Virus record (IMG/VR): IMGVR_UViG_3300034683_000192
Coordinates: 64,001 to 128,000 of that record
Reading direction: 5' to 3' (one strand)
DNA length: 64,000 nt
Source of the DNA: a virus
Shown: positions 1 through 10,113 of the stretch, piece after piece
How the letters are laid out: each line of letters opens with the position of its first letter
How positions within the stretch are numbered: position 1 is the stretch's first letter
Notes under the pieces: model-generated
What the model was told of the DNA's origin: nothing
The model's input: the letters and a program-made list of their open reading frames with translations, nothing else
Database searches by the model: none
Position numbers and translations under genes: made by a program

Positions 1-1230
1 GTCGGATTTCTCGTCGATTGGCGTACGAGTTACTACGTCTGAAGACTGATCAAATCCAGAGTAATCGAGAATCCTGAGCTTTCCTGCAGTGAGTTCAGGT
101 TCGACTTTACCGATACCAGTGAGTGTCCCATACAGACTCTTTATTCTGTTGGACAGATCGATATCTTTTTCTGTATTCTGAATATCCGCAGACAGTTCGA
201 GTTCTGCTTCTTCTTTAGGTCCAGATGCAACAACTTCCTGATCTTCAGTAGTTGTGACTACCTTTTCAGTCTTTGTTGCATTAAGGATATCGAGTTCTGC
301 CTGATTTTCATCTTCGTTGACAGTTACGCCCATGTTAGCAAGGACGAATGCATTGAGCTGGTTCACGTACTTGTTGTACATCCGGTTTTCCGGATTAAGC
401 TCTTTGGCATCGTGCAATGTCCAGAACATTGCGTAATTTATGTTTTCTACTCCAACAGTGAAAACGATGACTGTATTTGCCCATCTCTCTTTCGGATATT
501 GATTGAACAGAGAAATGGTATCTTTTCCATTATTGGTAATGAAATTGAGCCAATGCATCATGAAGAAGTAGTGGAAGCTATTCTGCGATCTGATTGCAGA
601 AGGAGCTTCACTCGTCTGCGCCATCATGAACTTCGATCGATCGTAGATATGATTGGACAAAGGAACAATGATGTATTGTACCTTTTCCATCGGCATTTTA
701 CATGCAGTGTTGAGAATCGATCCGAGAATGACTTTGAATTGTCTATAGTTCGGAAGAGTATCTCTTACGATAGTGTGAAAGAGAGGATTGTGGTTGATTA
801 ACGTCAAGGTATTCTGAGTACTTGGAATATCCTTGGGACTTGTGATTACACGAACCATGCGATCTTTCACTACACTCTTTCTGAATGTAAGAAGTTCTCG
901 CATGAGGTTTTGACTACGGAAAAAGAATTTTTCCGTGATAGGAATTGGTCCGTCTTTATCCACGTGATCCATGGACAAGATAAATTTTCGATATGTCTCA
1001 TTTGCGTAAAATGGCGTTTTCAGATTCGGGATATCTGCCATCGGAAGATGGTTATCCCGCTGGTACATGTTGTCAAATGTGTGTATGATACTTCCGATAG
1101 GAAGTTGAATGTCTTTGGGAATAGGAGAGAATTTCGGTGCAAGATTCGACTGGCGAAAATTGAACATCTTTCTGAAGAACGCGCTGAAAATGAGTCGTTC
1201 TTCGCCAGGAAGAATAGGATCATCGAACAT
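1..1230 (-). CDS. Partial CDS (runs off the left edge): N-terminal part of virion RNA polymerase beta-N subunit, phiKZ gp178-like
   Basis: Not in the ORF track because it has no stop in the window. I translated it: AAGGAGG RBS, ATG at 1230, open to base 1 (MFDDPILPGEERLIFSAFFRKMFNF...LPIGSIIHTF...TLTLINHNPLF). The N-terminus resembles my recollection of phiKZ gp178/SPN3US gp241, and it lies in the same module as the gp180/181/182-like genes. Confidence 0.6.
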   Translation of the reverse strand, partial: MFDDPILPGEERLIFSAFFRKMFNFRQSNLAPKFSPIPKDIQLPIGSIIHTFDNMYQRDNHLPMADIPNLKTPFYANETYRKFILSMDHVDKDGPIPITEKFFFRSQNLMRELLTFRKSVVKDRMVRVITSPKDIPSTQNTLTLINHNPLFHTIVRDTLPNYRQFKVILGSILNTACKMPMEKVQYIIVPLSNHIYDRSKFMMAQTSEAPSAIRSQNSFHYFFMMHWLNFITNNGKDTISLFNQYPKERWANTVIVFTVGVENINYAMFWTLHDAKELNPENRMYNKYVNQLNAFVLANMGVTVNEDENQAELDILNATKTEKVVTTTEDQEVVASGPKEEAELELSADIQNTEKDIDLSNRIKSLYGTLTGIGKVEPELTAGKLRILDYSGFDQSSDVVTRTPIDEKSD

Positions 1231-1299
1231 GGAAGTAGCCTCCTTGAATGTCTATACGATAAGTGATTGTACAAAAAATAACTTAGTATGGTCATTTTG

Positions 1300-1335
1300 A
1301 GAGTAGGACTCGTGGAATTCCACGAGTCCTACTCT
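1300..1335 (-). terminator. Perfect 36-bp palindrome, putative terminator
   Basis: AGAGTAGGACTCGTGG-AATT-CCACGAGTCCTACTCT; TTATTTTTTGT follows on the minus strand. Confidence 0.65.
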
Positions 1336-1337
1336 AG

Positions 1338-2198
1338 TCAGCAAAACTCTTCAGGTATGATGCCTACATACTGATAGTCACCATACATGAGCCACGACAT
1401 CGCTTTGGTCTCATTCAATGTCTTTCGTAACTTTCTAGCAAGTACAGCTTTTTCTTCTTTGGTAAAGCGCTGCATAGGGACGTATCCCGCTAGCATGCTT
1501 CGACTGTATACCTCTTTCTGCTTTTTCAGAATGTAGTCCCGAGTAATTTCAGTACGAGACTTGAGATTGCAGAAGCTTCGGAAATGATCGACGATTCTTC
1601 TTTCGAGTTTTTCTTTATCTCCTTTCAGTACGATTTTCGTTATATTTGTTTTGAGTAGCGTCATCTGCGCTGTGGAATTGTCTGCAACGAATACTACGCG
1701 ATGGTACCACTTGAATGGTGGAAATTTGTCCATAGTCTGTTCAACATTATCATGAAATCGATCTATGCCATCTATGGTGATGACATATTCCGATCTCACA
1801 ATTCCTCGGACTACCCTACCATCCTCGATGAATTGCATGCCGCAGTACGTTCCATCGAGTATTGGTATCGATGCTTTTTTCACCGGCTGATTGTCCGATA
1901 TGTATTTCATGAAAAATCGAATCTTACCTCCACCAGATACCGTAGTATCGAATGCGTGCTCGACGATACCTTCATATACGTCGAGTGCGTTCTGTAGCGT
2001 TGAGGAAAGATGGTCATCTCTGAGTTCTCGAATTGTTTTTGACTCAGAAACGACTTCTATAATTCGTCTGTATTGTGCAAATGTGAGAGGAATGCCATCG
2101 AGATCTTCCCACGAATGCGCGTACTTCTTTTCGGGTACAGGAAACTTGACATTAAAATTGCGTAATTTGAACATGGGTAGGCTCCTATGTAAATTCAT
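1338..2198 (-). CDS. Hypothetical protein, probably early (TATATTAC motif directly upstream)
   Basis: 286-aa ORF bounded by two palindromic hairpins; no recognisable motif. Confidence 0.75.
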   Translation of the reverse strand: MNLHRSLPMFKLRNFNVKFPVPEKKYAHSWEDLDGIPLTFAQYRRIIEVVSESKTIRELRDDHLSSTLQNALDVYEGIVEHAFDTTVSGGGKIRFFMKYISDNQPVKKASIPILDGTYCGMQFIEDGRVVRGIVRSEYVITIDGIDRFHDNVEQTMDKFPPFKWYHRVVFVADNSTAQMTLLKTNITKIVLKGDKEKLERRIVDHFRSFCNLKSRTEITRDYILKKQKEVYSRSMLAGYVPMQRFTKEEKAVLARKLRKTLNETKAMSWLMYGDYQYVGIIPEEFC

Positions 2199-2222
2199 TG
2201 GATTTAGGATTGGTTCAAATTT

Positions 2223-2230
2223 GTAATATA
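2223..2230 (-). promoter_or_regulatory. TATATTAC, phiKZ-type early promoter motif
   Basis: Intergenic, upstream of 2198; one of seven exact intergenic copies. Confidence 0.6.
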
Positions 2231-2242
2231 CTTACAAAAAGT

Positions 2243-2277
2243 AGATGAGAGACAGCCCACAGGGCTGTCTCTCATCT
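2243..2277 (-). terminator. Hairpin, putative terminator after the gp182-like gene
   Basis: 16-bp stem, 3-nt loop, T-tract follows on the minus strand. Confidence 0.7.
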
Positions 2278-4131
2278 TTAGTTGTTTCCGTATCTTGTCC
2301 ACGGAGTAAAGGCTGCAATGAGTCGTGGGACTGTAGACTGCCCGATATTGGTTGCCCAATAGAGCGGGTTTGCGTATGTCGATCTGAGAATTCTTAAGGA
2401 CGTGTTAAGTTTTCGGAAAAACTTCTCAGTCCATACAAGTCGCTCATTGAGACCAAGACCAGACAAAGTCAGGAGGTATTCCTGAAATGCTGAGTTAGAC
2501 CCAAAGATTTTGAATAGTTTAGCTCCTTCATCTGCAAGAGCCATATGCATGACAGGAGCAAGATCCTCGATAGTGAAGGATACTTCCACAGTAGTCGGAA
2601 GCATGCTATTGTTCCACCCAAATTCTTGCGCACCTCGTTTGATGGTCATTGACGTGATCATCCCAAGAGGAACAGAGAAGATACCCTTACTGAACGCACG
2701 AAGAACAAATGGTTGGGTATATCCATTTTCTCCGACAGATCTAGGCATCGTTCCTGCAAGAAGAAGGGATAGTGGTACCATGATATCCTGGAAGAATGAA
2801 CCAGGAGATCCATCCACTGCTTTAAGCGTCATCTGGAAGTTGTAGCTTTTTGAAAAGCTACTTCCTTGCCAAACTTTAGGAATATCGGCAAGACCAGAAC
2901 CAGTCATGATCCCGGCCCCTGTACCAATAATTCCAAGTACGCTTGAAGCTCCTTGGAATAGTCCTTGGACTGCATCACCGATGACGTTAAGTCCAGGGAT
3001 ATCTGCAACCTTACCACCCATCATGGAGAATACTTTATCCTTCATGCTGAGTGACTGTGAGTTAATCATACCTGCTACGGAAGATTCACCCACTTGGTTA
3101 CTGAGAGATTCGCTACTGTCGACGGACTTTTCGATACGGAAAGATACAAACTTATCCGCACCATGCATGGATGAATCAATTCTGGATATAACGTCCGAGA
3201 ACCATCCATCCGACTTTCCGTTTTTATCTCCAAGGAGATAATCTTCAGATGAGACATCCCCTCGATCAGTCCCAAGATATCGATCTCGAGTAGCGAGGAT
3301 TTTGTAGATGTCTACACCATTCCGAAGTATTTCTGGTACGGCATCAGGATCTGCACCATTGTTCGAATACAGATTCTTGTACGTCTCGTTCATTTGTCCG
3401 TCAGTCTGGCCACCAGGACCATTTGGAACAAGTCCCAAGTTTACCGCGACGTGAGCAAGAATACCGTTAACATACCGATAGTAAAGAGGCATCGCTGATC
3501 TGAAATCGTAATACCTCGTTACTCTATCAGTATCGATAACTTCTGCTGTCTTTTTCGCTAAGTAAATAATCGGAATTGTTGGAATGTTTATCGCAAGCCC
3601 GATCAGTGCTGTACCAGCAACTACTTTAGCGATAAGAGAACTTAAGATCTTTACTGTCGATTGCTCCCCGTTGTTCACGAGGTCGGCTACATCAGTATTG
3701 ATCAAGTTCTTATAGAAATCCAAAAGATTCCCATGTTGAGGACAGCCGAATGTCATGTGAAGAAGTTGCTGGGTCATGTCGTACGTTTCACTGTAGACAC
3801 GACCCAGACCATCGTAAGTACTTCCATTGATCCCTGTTACAGGATGAATGATGTCATCATTTCTACAGAACTGAGGGTAACAATTGATGGCATCGTTACC
3901 CCCAACTCTCGTAGATCGTACGTTAGCACGAATGTAGATTTCTGGTGTTATCGATGTGAGTTTTGTCGAGAAGTCCGACATACTCGTTTTGATAATTCCA
4001 TCCCCTGTACCTGCACTTGTGATGTAGTTCAGGGTCTCCTGAAATGTAGCGAAATCCTTCCCGATACGAAAGACATACGGCGATCGTGATGTCAATACGT
4101 TATCGTTGAATTCTGTTTGCGTTTTAAGCAT
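2278..4131 (-). CDS. Virion structural protein, phiKZ gp182-like (tail/baseplate)
   Basis: 617 aa directly downstream of the tape-measure gene. The C-terminal PKVWQGSSFSKSYNF...PFVLRAFSKG...GMITSMTIKRG...GW...LPTTVEVSFTIEDL pattern matches my recollection of gp182-family proteins. Confidence 0.7.
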   Translation of the reverse strand: MLKTQTEFNDNVLTSRSPYVFRIGKDFATFQETLNYITSAGTGDGIIKTSMSDFSTKLTSITPEIYIRANVRSTRVGGNDAINCYPQFCRNDDIIHPVTGINGSTYDGLGRVYSETYDMTQQLLHMTFGCPQHGNLLDFYKNLINTDVADLVNNGEQSTVKILSSLIAKVVAGTALIGLAINIPTIPIIYLAKKTAEVIDTDRVTRYYDFRSAMPLYYRYVNGILAHVAVNLGLVPNGPGGQTDGQMNETYKNLYSNNGADPDAVPEILRNGVDIYKILATRDRYLGTDRGDVSSEDYLLGDKNGKSDGWFSDVISRIDSSMHGADKFVSFRIEKSVDSSESLSNQVGESSVAGMINSQSLSMKDKVFSMMGGKVADIPGLNVIGDAVQGLFQGASSVLGIIGTGAGIMTGSGLADIPKVWQGSSFSKSYNFQMTLKAVDGSPGSFFQDIMVPLSLLLAGTMPRSVGENGYTQPFVLRAFSKGIFSVPLGMITSMTIKRGAQEFGWNNSMLPTTVEVSFTIEDLAPVMHMALADEGAKLFKIFGSNSAFQEYLLTLSGLGLNERLVWTEKFFRKLNTSLRILRSTYANPLYWATNIGQSTVPRLIAAFTPWTRYGNN

Positions 4132-4144
4132 ATCTCATCCATCC

Positions 4145-7100
4145 TTAAGTGCTGCGCGCACTAGCGGCAGGAAGCTTTCTATTCATAGAAATAGCAGGAG
4201 CTCCTGCAGACTTGGATACGTGAGACGGGGAACTCGAACTTGCTGGAGTAGCAACCGCAGATTGTGCTCCACTTGCAGTCATTGAAGCGACACTAGAGAA
4301 CCCACTGGAAATACCATCACGAATTTCCGTGAGAACTGTCTGGCTCGTAACCAGTGCATCGAGTCGATTGATGACTTGCACAAGATTCGTATTGATTTGA
4401 CGAAGTTCTGTGTTTCCACTATCTCCACCGGCAGTTTTTGTGGCTGCAGGAGTTTCAGTTGATACAGTCGGAGTGGGTGCACCATTAGGTACAGTCACCG
4501 ATGCCGTTTGTGCAGGAGTAGTCGTAGATGCTCTTTCGGTCATCGACGACGGGGCATTCCCACTAGCATCTGCTGCTGCATTGATCTTTGGTACATTCGG
4601 GGCTTGTGGTTTCGGTGTATTTTCTGCTACAGCTCCAGTGTCAGGAAGAGGAGTACCTGCAGTGGGTATACCTTCTTCCGTTTTAGCACCATCACTAGAA
4701 CTTTTTTCTTTAGCAAGCATGGCAAGTGCAATAGCTGACTCTTCACGGAATCTGCTCTTCACCGATGCCTGCACTGATGCGGTAGATGAAGGGAAATTAC
4801 CACTTCGCTTACCGTAGATAAGTTTGATGAGATTTTCAGGATCAGTCTGAGGACCAGCTTGAGCGTATGCTGCATTGAAGATCCTTGCAGCTCCTCCTGC
4901 ACCATGTTGAACTGCAGTTGACCACAGTACATCCTGAAGTGCCTTGGATTTGCTGACCATATCCTGAAGAGCAGGATTCAGACTACCGAGTGCTGGTTCG
5001 TAGTGGGTCTTTTGGATGAACTGATGTTCCAGATCACCCATTTTACCTTCCATAACGAGACGCTTCCACTCATTCGGTACAGCGCCATTACGGCTACCCG
5101 TATCGTACGGTCCGGCATCTCTGAGACGTTTTGCTACTTCGGCTCCATCGCCACCAGCACGATCGGCGAATGTGAGGAATCTTTCGAACGTACCAGTACG
5201 CGCTGCGATCTGGTATTTACCGTAAGAAGTACCTCCAGTACTGTCCCACCCGATAGCGACAGAACCCGCTTTCGCCGATTCGAATTTCGCTGAGAGAGCA
5301 CCCAATTCGTCGGAATTCGGCGGACTTGCTTTATATCCTGAAGTATCGATAGGTTCAATTTCTTTCTGACCTGGTGCAGAACCAAATCCGAAGAAACTCT
5401 TGGTCTTGTCCCAAAAGCTAGAACCTCTTGCTTCAGTGACATCAGACTTTGTGACTTTCTTATTCTGATCCGTCATTCTGGAAGATGCAGCTGCATAATC
5501 CGAAGAGGCTCCATATTTCTTCGTATATCTCGTTGTGTCGGAGTTGGCTTCTCTGCCTTGTTCCCCTGCATCGAGATCTTTCTGTGACTTAGTGTCTTTA
5601 CCCTCATCCTGATCTTTCTTCATCTTCGCGTATGTTTTGGTAAAGAGATCAAATCCCTTCTTATCAGGAGTAAGATCTCTATACTGCGAAGCATGGGATT
5701 TTGTTTGTTCGACAAAGATCTGACCAATCTGTTTGGACACGTCTTCAGGGATATCATCGATATTCCCGTAGTTGTATCCAGCCTTCTTGATAAGATCGAT
5801 ATAGATACGGAATGCCGGGTAGAATCTCTGTCTGTACCAAGTTGCCCAGTACCGAACTTCTTCTTCCGACTTACCGTTAAATCCGAACCGCATTGCCCAG
5901 TACTTGATGTCACTATCGTTCATGGGAGATGCAGATCTTTCGAATATCTCTGCAGTCTTTTCTTCGAGTGCAATCAGTTTCTTGGTGTAGGATTCACCAA
6001 AGATACCTGTACTTGTATCGAGATTGACTCCGTATGTCTTTGCTCTGGTCTCAATTCCTGCATCACCTGAAGGATTCAGATATTTGTAACCAAGATACGT
6101 AGCAGCGATAGTGCCACCAACAAGCCACCCAATTGGGTTAGATGCGATAAGTCCTGCAAGCGCAGAACCACCAGCAGCGAGTGCTCCTCCAGTCGCAGAC
6201 GCAAGTCCACCCAAAGAAGCCATGAGTCCACCGCCAGCAGCTGTCGCTCCAGCGGCAGTTGCTCCTGCTGCAGCAGCTCCGCCACCCGCAGCTGCACTGG
6301 CAGCAGCACCCATCCCAAGTTTAGTAGCTAGACCCCCAAGACCAACTCTGGCCATGAGACCACCAGCTGCTCCTTTAAGGCCACCCATGATGCCACCAGC
6401 AGCAGAACGAATACCAAGGAAGGTAAGGATCTTATCCATCCACCCACCATCGGCATTATCTGCAGCTTCTTTTTGTGCTTTCAGAGTACCCTTAGCAAGA
6501 TCTATCTGCTTCTTGCTATTATCGACCAGCGTCTTCAAGGATTCCTTGATAGATTTCTGGTCGAGAGCTGCGGCTTTTTCTGCTTTGTCTTTTCTACCAC
6601 GAACCAGTCTCTCGAATACGGTATCTTTCTTACCGTCAGCATCGAGATCTCCAGCAGTGGGATCGGATGATTGATCTTTTGTCTTAGCTGCTTTTCCCTC
6701 TCCAAATCTATCCACGAGAAAATCGTAGATCTTGTCGAGCTTATCTCCGACAAGTTCTTTGAGGGATTTTCTATTGACCGAAGTATCGTCAAACTTGAAC
6801 GCTTTTGCGAGCATGTTGTACGAGAACTTACCAGCCAACTTAGTCAAATCGAATGCTGTACCAAGACCACCAGCAAGGATTTTCATCAGTGGATTATCGG
6901 AGCTGAAGATATCTTTGATCTTCCCAAATCCTCCGAACATCTTACCGAGACCCTTCTTGGCAAATCCTAGTGCGCTAATACCAGTCGTCAATGGTTTGTT
7001 ATTGACATCCACGAGACCGTGATCGATATCTTCTTTTGAGATCAGAGTTTCACCAGACTTGGGATCAAGTACTGGATGCTTGATGTCAAATGAAGATTGG

Positions 7101-10100
7101 ACTTTTCGTCCACTCGGGAATACCACACCACTGACTTGTTTTTTCTTCGTCAAAAGAGGATTACCGGGATCGACCTCATCCTTACGATAGATATCGACAT
7201 ACCGGACATCAACGAGATTCTTGATCTTTCGACCGAGCTGCCTAGTCTTAACCAATCCTCTCTTATACTTTCCGCTGTATTTATCCTTGATACTGTCTTT
7301 CCAAGATGCGACACTTTCTCGCATGTTCTGGTATTTTCCAGACAGTCTCCCGAATGCGGATCTTCCTACTCCTCCGAGCATATCTGCGGTACCGTAAAGT
7401 CCACCCATAGCCATACCAGCCATGCGTTTACCCATACCAAGGATACCGCCGCTATCTCCGGCTCCTCCACTACCTCTACCGAATTTTCTCAGGTAGTCCA
7501 TTCCGTAGAGTGCACGAAGATACATGTCTTCTCCAAATCCGGCGACCTTTCCACCAAATCCAGAGAACTTTCCAGTCAAACGATTCTTTACATTGATGAG
7601 TCGTTCAAGCTGAGATTGACCGAATGTCTTTCCTCGATGCAGAAGGTTACCGAATACTGATCCGGTAGTTCCTATCAAAGAAAGCATTTTGTCATTCATT
7701 TCCGACGACGAAGCTGCTATCTTCTCCAGAAGATCGGGAACTGGGTGTTGTCTTTCTGCATGTGTTTTGAGTAGTTCAACGAGACCGCTAGTGTCTGCTG
7801 ATGCTACAGTAGGAACAGTTACTTGAGGATATCCGGAACGTCTGGCAATTCTTCGTCTTGGTGTACGAAGTTTGAGACCAGACGATGCGTACTCATCCAT
7901 ACTTGAACTTGTACCCAGATCTGCGAGTTGATCAGAGATCTGAATATCTCGTTCGTATTTTGCAAGTTCCGATTCGTTGATTTCGCGCGCATCAGAATCG
8001 CCGAGTAACTTCGTGAGTGACTTAACTACATCGTTAGTAGCTCTACGATCAGCGATTTCGCGATCAAGTCGACTTTTAGTGTAATCGGAAGTGGTGGTGA
8101 CACCTTCTGCGAATGAGTAAGAAGTACCACCTTGGGCAATACGTCTTACTGCATCCTGATTGATTTCAAACGAAGACCCTCTGGCCTCAAAGAGATCTTT
8201 AAGATGTCTTGCTTGGCCAAGAGTGTTAAGATGCTGTGGAAGAACATCGAGATACCCATCACGGCCCATCATCGAAATGATGTGACGATCTATCTCAATG
8301 ATAGATGCAATATTCTTCTTTCCAGATTCGTCGAACAAAGGTTCGACCATAATCCGCGCAACATCTCGTTTATTCGAGATACCCTCAAACACTCTGACGA
8401 TGTACTGCTCTTCCTTATCGGAAAGCTCGTCACCTTCTGCGTACTTCTTAAGAGCTTCTGGCTTTAAGTAGTACTTCTTGAGTGCATGATTGGTAATGAC
8501 TTTTGCAATAGTTTCGGAGACTTCGTCGAACGCGAGTACATCGCCACCCATATGCGCAGTTACGCCACGATAGGCACCGACTGCTTCACCAAGTGCACGA
8601 CCTCTCGCTTCATCTGTACCAAATGCTTCGTCTATGACCTTTCTACGGAAACTAGATTGACGAAGAAAATCTCGTTTCGTGTGGTCGTAGACGAGCTCTT
8701 CAGTATCCTTTCCGGTAGCAAGTTTCTCAAGGAGTTGAACGCTCTTTGCAAGATATCCAGGCATCACTTCAACGATACTCTGCCGTACTGCCCGGTCAAA
8801 TGGAACCGGCTCATACGGATTCGACATATCGTTGACGATAGATCCTGCGCCTCTGGTTACACCAGGTGCAAGAATATCCGCAAGAAACTCAGTCATCGAT
8901 CCTGGTTCAGCATTCTCCTGAAGCTCTTTTGCTTTGAGCATCATTCGAAGTTTGAACTGACTAGCTATATCTCCTACTCCACGAGTATACGGAGAAAGCA
9001 CACCTGGAGTATCGTAATCACCAAAGAGTTTCTTTGATGCTGCTTTACCCAATCTAGACGCAAGAAGAGCTCCTGCTATTCCACCTATTTTTTGTGCGCC
9101 GGTTTCTTCTTGTACTCCAAAGTCTTTCATGGACTCTTCGATGCTGGCGTACATGTCGAGGCCGCCAGCAGTCATTTGTAGTCCCTGAACGACAGGATCA
9201 AGTACCTTTGACTGAATATTCTTAAGGATGCGTCCACCCCATTCACCAAGACTGGTGTTGATTCTCTGGGATACGGACGCTCTCATCACGTCTTTGTAGG
9301 ATTCAGAAAGTTTCTGCTTCTGAATATCAGGGAGAGCTGAGTTGTGTCTGATTTGTTCAAGTTTGGTTTCAAGTACCTTTGCCATACCCTGAACGACAGC
9401 CAGAGTATCTTTGGCCACGAAGAGGTGATGGTACTTAAGTTCCAGACTCTTTTTAAGGTAACTGATACCTACAGTTTCAGTAAACGATTTTTGAAATTCA
9501 GTTGCAAGACGAATTGAGTCGACTACTTTGATGAGATTTTCATGCCGGGTAGTTTCGACTGTCTTGTTCGCCAGTCGTTCGACTCTCTCTTCGTCAAGTT
9601 GACCTTGTGCTCGTTTTTCTTGTACTGCAAAAATTTGCGCAAGAGTTTCGTTGATTGCTGCAGTTCTTGATTCTTCTACTGAGGCAGATTTGAATGACTC
9701 AGGAGTTTCAAGGATCTTATTGATCTTTCTCTCAAGACCTGCAGGAAGATATTTAGTATACTTCGGTGCGATGACTCGCGTTGCGCGTTTGATCGTAGTG
9801 ATATTCGCATTTGCGTCTCGAAGGAATTTCTGGCGCATAGCTTCTGCACCAGATGCAAACTGCATTCCTTCTCCGACAAGTGAACCTACCGACGGAATAT
9901 GATTGTCGATACTTCTTGCGAGCTGAGGTCCGATCTTCTTCGCAGTAGAAGTAAGACCAGATGTGAGCCCTTCGCGCACCTTGGTGATAGGTGTGCGATT
10001 GGAATCAGAATTCGAGACAGTAGTGTCATCGAAATTGAAGTCACCGAAGTCACTTTCAAAATCTTCGAATTCCGATCCAAGGTCGAGATCTTTGTTCTTA

Positions 10101-10105
10101 GCCAT
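4145..10105 (-). CDS. Tail tape-measure-like protein with peptidoglycan hydrolase domain (phiKZ gp181 analog)
   Basis: 1986 aa with Gly/Ala-rich hydrophobic helical stretches, a lysozyme-like domain near the C-terminus (SAKFES...GGTSYGKYQ...THYE...VLWSTAVQHG), and position between the vRNAP beta-prime and gp182-like genes. Confidence 0.8.
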   Translation of the reverse strand: MAKNKDLDLGSEFEDFESDFGDFNFDDTTVSNSDSNRTPITKVREGLTSGLTSTAKKIGPQLARSIDNHIPSVGSLVGEGMQFASGAEAMRQKFLRDANANITTIKRATRVIAPKYTKYLPAGLERKINKILETPESFKSASVEESRTAAINETLAQIFAVQEKRAQGQLDEERVERLANKTVETTRHENLIKVVDSIRLATEFQKSFTETVGISYLKKSLELKYHHLFVAKDTLAVVQGMAKVLETKLEQIRHNSALPDIQKQKLSESYKDVMRASVSQRINTSLGEWGGRILKNIQSKVLDPVVQGLQMTAGGLDMYASIEESMKDFGVQEETGAQKIGGIAGALLASRLGKAASKKLFGDYDTPGVLSPYTRGVGDIASQFKLRMMLKAKELQENAEPGSMTEFLADILAPGVTRGAGSIVNDMSNPYEPVPFDRAVRQSIVEVMPGYLAKSVQLLEKLATGKDTEELVYDHTKRDFLRQSSFRRKVIDEAFGTDEARGRALGEAVGAYRGVTAHMGGDVLAFDEVSETIAKVITNHALKKYYLKPEALKKYAEGDELSDKEEQYIVRVFEGISNKRDVARIMVEPLFDESGKKNIASIIEIDRHIISMMGRDGYLDVLPQHLNTLGQARHLKDLFEARGSSFEINQDAVRRIAQGGTSYSFAEGVTTTSDYTKSRLDREIADRRATNDVVKSLTKLLGDSDAREINESELAKYERDIQISDQLADLGTSSSMDEYASSGLKLRTPRRRIARRSGYPQVTVPTVASADTSGLVELLKTHAERQHPVPDLLEKIAASSSEMNDKMLSLIGTTGSVFGNLLHRGKTFGQSQLERLINVKNRLTGKFSGFGGKVAGFGEDMYLRALYGMDYLRKFGRGSGGAGDSGGILGMGKRMAGMAMGGLYGTADMLGGVGRSAFGRLSGKYQNMRESVASWKDSIKDKYSGKYKRGLVKTRQLGRKIKNLVDVRYVDIYRKDEVDPGNPLLTKKKQVSGVVFPSGRKVQSSFDIKHPVLDPKSGETLISKEDIDHGLVDVNNKPLTTGISALGFAKKGLGKMFGGFGKIKDIFSSDNPLMKILAGGLGTAFDLTKLAGKFSYNMLAKAFKFDDTSVNRKSLKELVGDKLDKIYDFLVDRFGEGKAAKTKDQSSDPTAGDLDADGKKDTVFERLVRGRKDKAEKAAALDQKSIKESLKTLVDNSKKQIDLAKGTLKAQKEAADNADGGWMDKILTFLGIRSAAGGIMGGLKGAAGGLMARVGLGGLATKLGMGAAASAAAGGGAAAAGATAAGATAAGGGLMASLGGLASATGGALAAGGSALAGLIASNPIGWLVGGTIAATYLGYKYLNPSGDAGIETRAKTYGVNLDTSTGIFGESYTKKLIALEEKTAEIFERSASPMNDSDIKYWAMRFGFNGKSEEEVRYWATWYRQRFYPAFRIYIDLIKKAGYNYGNIDDIPEDVSKQIGQIFVEQTKSHASQYRDLTPDKKGFDLFTKTYAKMKKDQDEGKDTKSQKDLDAGEQGREANSDTTRYTKKYGASSDYAAASSRMTDQNKKVTKSDVTEARGSSFWDKTKSFFGFGSAPGQKEIEPIDTSGYKASPPNSDELGALSAKFESAKAGSVAIGWDSTGGTSYGKYQIAARTGTFERFLTFADRAGGDGAEVAKRLRDAGPYDTGSRNGAVPNEWKRLVMEGKMGDLEHQFIQKTHYEPALGSLNPALQDMVSKSKALQDVLWSTAVQHGAGGAARIFNAAYAQAGPQTDPENLIKLIYGKRSGNFPSSTASVQASVKSRFREESAIALAMLAKEKSSSDGAKTEEGIPTAGTPLPDTGAVAENTPKPQAPNVPKINAAADASGNAPSSMTERASTTTPAQTASVTVPNGAPTPTVSTETPAATKTAGGDSGNTELRQINTNLVQVINRLDALVTSQTVLTEIRDGISSGFSSVASMTASGAQSAVATPASSSSPSHVSKSAGAPAISMNRKLPAASARST

Positions 10106-10113
10106 GATTCACC

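Noticed and set aside
6076-6674. Ala/Pro-rich ORFs on the opposite strand or alternate frames of the tape-measure gene
   Set aside because: These are shadows of the Gly/Ala-rich coding sequence; no RBS and they overlap a long real gene. The same applies to most plus-strand ORFs across the window.
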